Shown here one piece after another: positions 55,432 through 64,000 of a stretch of 64,000 bases of DNA (position 1 is the first letter of the stretch; every line of letters starts with the position of its first letter). The stretch lies in assembly GCA_951406725.2 (NCBI GenBank), contig OX597818.1, positions 25,978,001 to 26,042,000 on the forward strand. The letters run 5' to 3'. The position numbers and the translations under genes were made by a program. The DNA is from Octopus vulgaris. Lineage: Eukaryota. A model generated the notes under the pieces. The model made no database searches and was not told the DNA's origin. It saw nothing but the letters and a program-made list of their open reading frames with translations.

Positions 55432-55555
55432 CCAAATTTCCTCCTTAGGACATACTCACCATAGCCAAATTTTCTCCTCAGGACGTTCTCACCTTAGCCA
55501 AATTTTCTCCTCAGGACATTCTCGCCATAGCCAAATTTTCTCCTCAAGACATTTC
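55432..55555. repeat. 33-bp minisatellite, about 3.7 copies
   Basis: CCAAATTTTCTCCTCAGGACATTCTCGCCATAG units. Confidence 0.9.
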
Positions 55556-55840
55556 CACCACCCATTATTTCTCTAAAAGTTTACTTCAACTTTTCCCTGA
55601 GCCACTTAACACCCTACCTCCTCTTACTACTTGGAACCATTTCACTGTTATCAATCTTTCATTTTTAATACTGACCTCTCCACTCATATTCTATATTGAT
55701 TAGACTTCTGAGCCACTAAATTATTTTGCCTTCCTTCCTCCTTTTCGCCAATCATCTCTCTTCTTCCCCCTATCTTCTGTGTCATTGTTGTTGTTGTTGT
55801 TGTTGTTGTCGTCGCCGCCACCACCACCACCACCACCACC

Positions 55841-56162
55841 ACCTCTGCCTTTGCTAAGGCAGAGGCATTGTTTTCAATTGTGTTTGTTTGTTTGTTTGTT
55901 TGTCCATGGACATCTCAAGAACTGCTGGATGGATTCAGATGAAACTTTCAGGTATGTTTGGCCTCATGACTGGCACAAACTGATTAGATTTTGGGATTGA
56001 TCAAGTACTGGACAAGGGTTCTGGATTATTTTTCCATTTTTTTTTTTACTTAATTTTAGTATTCTCATTTGAGAGAGCAGTCGAGTTAATTTCAGGTATT
56101 CACATTTTAAAAATCATCTCTGGCTAATCATTGGTGGAGGTTTGTGTTCTCTGAATACTCTT
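55841..56162 (+). mobile_element. Helentron-associated (HINE/DINE-like) non-autonomous element
   Basis: 5' palindrome CCTCTGCCTT-tgct-AAGGCAGAGG, (GTTT)n microsatellite, and a 3' TTGGTGGAGGT sub-terminal inverted repeat plus a short hairpin. A homologous 3' part at about 39070-39185 has the hairpin GCGCTC-tct-GAGTGC. Confidence 0.65.
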
Positions 56163-58341
56163 ATTATTATCATTACTACTACTATTCTGCTGCTTCTCAC
56201 AACCCCACCCCTTTTCTACACCATTAGTCATCTCCTCTCCTACCTCCCCCTACTCTAATATCATTGGTCACCACTCAATCCTACCCAATTTCTACAGTTG
56301 TCAACTACTTTTCCTTCTTTCTTACCTTCCCTTCTTATTGACCCTCAACACTTATAATATTCACTCTGTCACCTATTCCCTAACTCCAACCATTTCTAAA
56401 CCTCCCTTACACTCCTGCAACGTTTACCCACCCACACATACTATTCTCCTGTCCTTACTCACATCTACTCAACTTGTGTCATGAGGTGTCAGTCTTGGTC
56501 CTAACTCACCACAATTTTTACCTCTGGCTACTTCCACCCTCTTCCTTGTTATGTGAGTAACTTTATAGCTTCCCTACTGCAAGAAATCTGTTCTGTTCTG
56601 GCTCCTTCTCTCTCACTTTAACCTCTTATGCCATACCATCTCCCTCTTTACTGTTGCCCTACTAAGTCAAAAGGGTTCTTAGTCTTGCAGCCTGTGCAGC
56701 AACCTCACTATTTCTGCTGCCACAAAAGAAGTACTCAGTACATGCTGTAAAGTAGTTGGCATTAGAAAAGGCATCCAACCATAGAAACCATGCCAAGGCA
56801 GACATTGGACCTCAATGCAGTGTTTGGACTGATCAGATCTTGTCAAATTGTCCAAACCATGCTAATATGGAACATGGATGCTAGATGATGCTGATATGAG
56901 AATACTGCAATGTAGCTGCTCAACCTGCAAAAAATGGTGATCTAATTTTCCTCAAAAAAATCACACTCTGTCAACAGAAAGAGAAGGCCACATTGGATAA
57001 TGTAATCCAATATGCACTATAACTGAGAAAAAGATGGGATGATTATGTGTTTAAAGTTTAGTGGAAGACACATGTTGTCAGCTACTTCATATAGTGTATA
57101 CTGATTATGTAATCAGTTAAAGGAGAAGACAGATCTTTTTGGAATGTTCTAGATCTGGTGGATTTTTGATTTGAATAAACACTTGGTGTCAGAAGATTTA
57201 GAAGGTTGAATATTGTATGAATTGGTTTTCTAGATAATGGTCAGTTTCAATCAAGAGAATTTTAAAACTTTAAATCAGTTTTGAAATATAGCTAAGATAT
57301 CAAGAAATCTTAACGGTCTGTGTTATTATTACAATTGTTTATAACATGAATTATCATTAAGAATAATAATACTGTTGTTAGTTTGAAAAACATTTCTTAA
57401 TGGAGATATTGAAAAAAAATACAGCCTGGTATGTTTTACTTTTTATTTTTTTAGTTTTTTTCTCACCTAGTTGTCTTGTTACTGATTTGATATCTTTGAA
57501 GTAATTTACTTCATTTTCACAAATCTTGTCAGAAATAGTTATATAGCAGACACCAGTTCTTTTCTCTGTTCATGAATTAAAACAGTCTTTCTCTATCTTT
57601 GGATCTCTAATGTTGTTTCTTTTAATTGTGTCAGTTTTAATACAGTCATTGTTTTATAAATATCTCTTGTCTTCCAATTACTCTTACATCACAAGATGAT
57701 GATGTTGTTGTCATCGTCGTTGTCGTCATTTCAGTTTGTTTTTTACTTTCCTTCTTTCTGAAAACTGCTTGAGCGTTGCTATTGTTTGTTTTGAAATGAT
57801 TGGCTTGTTTATGTGAATGAATTCTTAATCAATGACAATAAAAAGTTTCTCTGAAATAAGTTTCTAGCAGAAAAAAAAGTCCCTGCACTATCTTTTATAC
57901 CTGCTTTCATGAAAGTAAAAAAAAAATTTAATTATTTTTTTAAAATATAAATTAGCTAAAACATTAAACAATAATTACACAAGCCAGAGCAGCCAGTCTG
58001 ATATTAGTCATTAATTAGAATATATTGGAAAGTTTCTGTTCACATTAAAAGAAAAGAAAAAAGAAAATTCTGCAGGAATTACAAAGAAGTAAACTTCTCT
58101 GAAATATTTTCAACTAATAATTTGTTCAACTATGGCTTAATTAGAAGGATTTTATTGTGACATAGTTTGGACATTGGTCATGAACGTAAAATTTCTTACC
58201 TTTTTATCATTAATATATATTATTAGAATATACATTAAGCTTCAGAAAACCATTCTTCAACATTTTTACTGAATGTTTTATTTATGTCAAATCTTGGTTG
58301 TATCTTAATTAGATTCATAAATTGTAAATAGGATTGTATAG

Positions 58342-58505
58342 GCACAGGAGTGGCTGTGTGGTAAGTAGCTTGTTTACCAATCACATGGTTCCGGGTTCAG
58401 TCCCACTGCGTGGCACCTTGGGCAAGTGTCTTCTACTATAGTCTTGGGCCAACCAAAGCCTTGTGAGTGGATTTGGTAGACGGAAACTGAAAGAAGCCCG
58501 TCGTA

Positions 58506-58551
<46 letters not shown>

Positions 58552-58735
58552 TCTGTGTTTGTCCCCCTAGCATTGCTTGACAACTGATGCTGGTGTGTTT
58601 ATGTCCCCGTTACTTAGCGGTTCTGCAAAGAGACCGATAGAATAAGTCCCGGGGTCGAGTTACTCGATTAAAGGTTGTGCTCCAGCATGGCCGCAGTCAA
58701 ATGACTGAAACAAGTAAAAGAGAAAAGAGTAAGAG
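58342..58735 (+). mobile_element. tRNA-derived SINE family A, near full length
   Basis: A-box TGGCTGTGTGG, B-box GGTTCAGTCC, GGCACCTTGGGCAAGTGTCTT, internal (TA)n, and 3' GACTGAAACAAGTAAAAGAG repeats. Confidence 0.9.
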
Positions 58736-61700
58736 GAATAAAGCTATTTGAGGAATATTTCTGAGGTTTCAACATTGCGTTAGTATATCTTTTTGCTTAA
58801 TCATCTGGTGTGTGTGTATTTATATATTTTAGTAACAAGTGCAAGCATGGCTGTGTGGTAAGCCATTGCCTCCCAACCACATGGTTCTTAGTGGCACATA
58901 AAAGCACCCACTACACTCTCGGAGTGGTTGGCATTAGGAAGGGCATCCAGCTGTAGAAACTCTGTCAGATCAGATTGGAGCCTGGTGCAGCCATCTGGTT
59001 TGCCAGTCCTTATTCAAATCGTCCAACCCATGCCAGCATGGAAAGCGGATGTTAAATGATGATGATTATTATTATTAATCTTATTATTGAGTAGCTATCA
59101 ATAGTGACTATAAGGAGAACAAATCAGTTTTAAAAATTCATTAAAAAATTTCCTAGAATGTAAGATGTCCATTTTGCTAATCACATTTTCAATTGATGAT
59201 GATGGGTCTCTTTCAGTGATGATGATAATGAGGCCATTATCATTTTTCCTTGCATAGGTTGGCCAGTGCATAGTTTAAGTAATACCTGATTTTTATGCTT
59301 ACAAATTTTTAAGAGTTTGATTTACTACTGGAAATGTCTTTTGAGTGTTAGTGTGGGTATGCTTGTTAAAATTTAAACATCAAATCTATATTTGGAAATG
59401 TCTGCATGAACAAATTCTGATGTAGCAGGTAAAAGATGGCTATCAGTAAATATCTTTTTCACATTTCCTACTTTTATATATATTCAGTTCAAATGACAGT
59501 AATTGGATAAGGAAAGAACTAGAAATAGAAATAAACAGAATTCTGAAATTTAACTGCAATGAAATATCTTTTCTAAATTATTTCTAAACAACATAAAATA
59601 TGAGAAATTTGGAACTATTTGGCTGCTTTTTGCTGATTGTTAGGTGTTTGTGAATAAGAAAATACATTTAAAAAAAATTTGTTTCTATATCCTTGTTGTT
59701 GCTATTAACTGCTTTATAAATAGATGAAGAAGTTATTCATGATTTTCTAACAATTGTTTCCAGCAGCTTAATGATGTTTTTAGCTTCAATAAATAAAGTA
59801 CGAATGTGGCTTAATAGCATGTGACAATCTTTTACTAATTGTTTTAGGTGTCTATATAGTTGCAAGCAGACTTAGACAACCTCTTAGTCTCTCTCCACCT
59901 CTTGACTCAGTGGAGCATCAATGATGTGACATTTTGCGGGAGAGAGGGTTGTACCCAATGCCTGGCTGGTGGTTGTCATTACAACAGGATAGACTGGAGT
60001 AACATGAAACAGCCCTGTCCAGAAATTGAACCAGTGACTTTATAATCATAAACAAAACATTGTAACTTCTGTGCCTTCATTCCTCACACCTATGGTGAGA
60101 GTGTCCCCAATAAATCAGAAGTTTCAGATATATAACTCATTTGTATGAAATTCTTTCAGGAAAAGGAAAGAAAAATTGGATACTGATTTTTAAGCTATTT
60201 TTAAATAGTTGTTGCTGTTGAGCTCCATGCACATATCTAATATATATTTAAAATGGTGAAATTAGATTCAAAGAAGATTTCTACTATTTCTTGTTTGTTG
60301 GTCAGTCACATGGAGGCTTGATACTGTGCAGTATATTCAAAATTGATCTGTGTAACAAAATAATTTATCGACCATTTTTCATTTTGATATCATTCATTCA
60401 TAATTTACAACTCACACATGTTTATCATAATCATTTCATTAGAAACAAAAAATATATATTCCCTAGAAAATCAGCTTCAGGCTGGAGTGCATTTTGTATT
60501 TTTTGTGACTTTTTGCAACATATTAATTTCATCAAGATTTTGTATTTTGAATCAAAATCATCTCTCACAATTACTGTTGTTTTGAAATAGATATTATAAT
60601 CTTCAACTTCTCTAAAATTTAAAATACTTTATAGGTCAAAGGTTTTTAAATTCTATTCATAGCATTTTAAACAACTTTTCACTGAATAATTTTGGTAGTC
60701 ATGGAGAGATTTTGCTGCTGTCCTGGTTATATGCCAATAGTTCAAACCTGGTCTTCTGTCCTCAGGCATTCTTGTTTCTGTAATTTACCTAGCCAAAAAA
60801 GGTAGATTTTATAGTCCAATGGTTGGCTGGTTGGCACACATTCATTTTTCTCACTAAATCCATGTAAAAAGAACCATTTAATTCAAGTTAGCATAAAACA
60901 CAATTAAAAGATAATACAGTTCTTGATGATTTATCTTTTGAGACCTTTTCTGATTGTTGCAACATATCTGACAAGGAAATCTTTAGTTATATTTATCATA
61001 CCTTTGTTGTGCTTGGCCAGTCTCACTATCAGTCTACTTCCTGTGACTACTGGAGTTGGTTGCAAGTGATAAGCTGCAAACCACTCATCTACTGTATCAA
61101 TTTTCCAATCAGTTCACTTAATCTTCTCAGTTGTAAGCTTGTTGGTTTATAATTTATTGGGAAAAGGAGGCTAAACTGATTTGGACGGGATTTAAATTGA
61201 AGAACTGTGGAATCTGTGTCTGTTTCTGTCAAATATCAATCCCAGAATTTAGAACTCTACTAAGACATGTTCAAGCAGACAAATAGTTCTTGTACAAGTA
61301 ATGATTGTACAAGTGAAAATTGTATAGTGATGTAATTTTCAAATTAGGAAACCGGTGTAATTTAGTATTATAGATGGACATTGAAATTTGTTAACCCCAC
61401 TAGTAAAACCATAGCAAACCACTTCAGTGGCTGAGTGAAGCATGTTGCAGTTGAATATCAGAGTAAGATTATCAGTTCAAAGAGTTTTGTTGCAGTTATA
61501 TATTAGAACAAAGACTAGCATCACAAAGCTAGAACTGTCATTGCAGTTTGTTGTTAGATAAAAGACTGACATTTAGCTTGATAGCCTAACAAAAGATGTC
61601 ACCTTACTTTGATATGAAAGTGAGGATTAAAACTAAATATTACATCAAAGCAAAAATTCTCATCACAATTCGATACCAAAATGAGGTTTGTCTTCACAAT

Positions 61701-62409
61701 TTCATATAAATCCAAGGAGTGTCTTCTAAATTTAATACTTAGCATTTTGATTTCAGTATGAAAACTTAGGCTGTGTGGTAAGATGCTTGCTGCCCAAGCA
61801 CATGGTTCTGGGTTTAGTCCCACTGTATGGCACTTTGGGAAAGCGTCTTCTACAATAACCTCAAGCCAACCAGAGCCTTGTGAGTAGATTTGGTTGATGG
61901 AAACTGAAAGAAGCCTGTCATATATGTGTGTGTCTTTGTGTGTGCATTTATGTTCCTATAACTTAGCAGGCAAAAGAGACTGATAGAATAAATACCAGGT
62001 TTAAAGACATAAAACCTGGGGTGATTCATTTGACTAAAAAATTCTTCAAGGTGACGCCCTAGCATGGCTGCAGTCTAATGACTGAAACAAAAATAGATAA
62101 AAGATTTCAATTTGGTATCAAAGCAGAGATTGTCATTACAATTTTATATCAGCTCATTGCAGTTTGTTATTCAGACAAAAACTGTAATGACAGTCTGAAA
62201 TCAGGACAGTGTCTTGTCATTGCTCTCCAGCACCTCGTGTTTGCTTTTTATATTTTTAAATTGCCATCCATTAGTTACAGTTACAAAAAAAAAACTTGTT
62301 TTCTATACTAAAGTACTTCATTACTACCATTTAAAAATTGTTCAAAAATGGTTTAGAATACAAATGAAATTTGTTTTTCCAATTATTTCCTGAAATAAAC
62401 AGTATTCTG

Positions 62410-62638
62410 TTAACCCTTTCGTTACCAACCCGGCTGAAACCGGCTCTGGCTCTTTAGTACAAATGTCTGGTTTTCAAATGTTCTGAATTAAAACCTTCCA
62501 CCAAACCTTAGTCACAATTTATGTCCCTAACTCTAGCTTAATGATAACGATGTTATTTTACTTAATTCTTTGTTATATTTAACATAATTGGAAGAAACAC
62601 TGAGCATCTCAAAATAAATTCAGTAATGAAAGGGTAAA
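62410..62638. mobile_element. piggyBac-type MITE
   Basis: TTAA|CCCTTTCGTTAC...GTAATGAAAGGG|TAAA, homologous to 45187-45397. Confidence 0.85.
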
Positions 62639-62737
62639 CAAGTAAAATATCTGTTATACTTGGATCAAAACAATATCCTTATGAAACATTAGTGTGTGTG
62701 TGTGTATTCAACTATGAATGCTGTTATTTAAAAAGAT

Positions 62738-62778
<41 letters not shown>

Positions 62779-62909
62779 GTAATGGTATCATTGAGACCCA
62801 AAGGTGTCAGGTAATGTTGAATAAGTGCTATAAACAGACCATAGTTAAGTTCCAGGTTTGGGGATTTTGCGAATAAGGGGTTCAATGTTGGTCATATGTC
62901 AGCGTGTGT

Positions 62910-63396
62910 ATATATGAATTTTTTGCGTAATGAGATAAAAAAAACCAAGGCTGTGTAGATATTAGAACATTTATATATAGAAGGTCTTACAGCTGTTTCC
63001 AGGATATTTATTAATTATATCCCTTCATCAGAGACGGTGTGAGAGGATGGTTAAGTAATAATTAATTTAGATAGGATACAAAATAGAGAGTGAGGTGGAG
63101 GAAAGAAAAGAGATGTGAGATATGTAGGGATATTGAATTTGTAGATCCATTTAGGCAGAATGGTACATATGTAAGATTCCAATACCTTATGAGAAAAAAA
63201 CCAACAGTATTTAAAATTGTTCATTACAAGTATAGAGTTTATACACAATGTAAGATTCCAATACATTATGAGTAAGATCCAATGGTAATGACCAATTTTA
63301 AATACCGTAAGACCTACTATATATCAGACCTTCTATATATAAATGTTCTAATATCTACACAGCCTTGGTTTTTTTTATCTCATTAAGCAAAAAGTT

Positions 63397-63404
<8 letters not shown>
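62910..63404 (-). mobile_element. Penelope-like terminal fragment with inverted repeats
   Basis: Near-perfect inverted repeat of about 75 bp (62910-62987 against 63326-63404) abutting a hammerhead motif. Confidence 0.75.
62984..63035 (-). ncRNA. Minimal type-I hammerhead ribozyme motif (best preserved)
   Basis: Minus strand reads GTCT-CTGATGA-a-GGGATAT-aattaataa-ATATCCT-g-GAAA-CAGCT-GTA-AGAC. Stem III is the palindrome ACAGCTGT and the cleavage triplet is GUA. Confidence 0.85.
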
Positions 63405-63448
<44 letters not shown>

Positions 63449-64000
63449 ATCAATATTACTCGGATAATGAAGACAGCTTGCAGAATCATTAGTATACTGG
63501 GTAAAATGCCTAGCAACATTTCATCCATTTCATTCAAATTCCGCTGAGGTCAGTTTTTGCCTTTCATCCTTTTGGGGTCAATAAAATAAGCACCAGTTGA
63601 CCACTGGGGGTTGATGATGTAATCAACTTATCCACTCTCCCGAAATTGCTGGCCTTCTGCCATTAGTAGAAAGAATTATTACTCACATGAGTACTGTAAA
63701 TAAGCTCAGATTGAGTCATATGTACAACTTGGTTTTGTTTGTAATCATTTCATATCTCCTACAACTTTCAAGTAACGATGATTGTTACATATCCTCATAC
63801 CCTAAATACCCTCATACCCAAGGTTCCACATAGTGGGACTGAACTCAAAAGTATATGATTAGGAAGAGAACATCTTAATTACACAGCTATGCCTACACAC
63901 ACACACCATCTTTTAATACCTGTTTTCCATGCTGGCATGGGTTGGACATGTGTGTGCGCATGCAAAATAAGAAAACTGGGAGACTTCTGGGGGTTTTGCA

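Noticed and set aside
58342-58415. tRNA gene (also at 38512)
   Set aside because: A and B boxes are present but there is no convincing cloverleaf, and the sequence continues into a multi-copy SINE body.

Overview
AT-rich, microsatellite-dense eukaryotic DNA, not prokaryotic. The repeat content suggests a mollusc, probably an octopus, but this is inference from SINE/LINE style only. Most ORFs in the track are microsatellite or repeat noise. The only well-supported host coding sequence is two + strand exons (30272-30556, 54156-54314) that splice in phase across a 23.6-kb intron into one complete C-type lectin domain. The rest is transposon debris: a two-LTR Ty3/Gypsy element with 5-bp TSD, PBS and PPT inserted into a C2H2-finger-bearing retroelement remnant; RTE LINE fragments; three SINE families; mariner, Tigger, piggyBac-type, Merlin-like and Helitron/Helentron-like elements; and Penelope (GIY-YIG) remnants. 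The most notable signal is a set of minimal type-I hammerhead ribozyme motifs at four loci. One locus is a ~550-bp insertion with a 13-bp TSD, made of five tandem 77-bp hammerhead-bearing units bracketed by a ~100-bp inverted repeat. All alignments and folds were done by eye.
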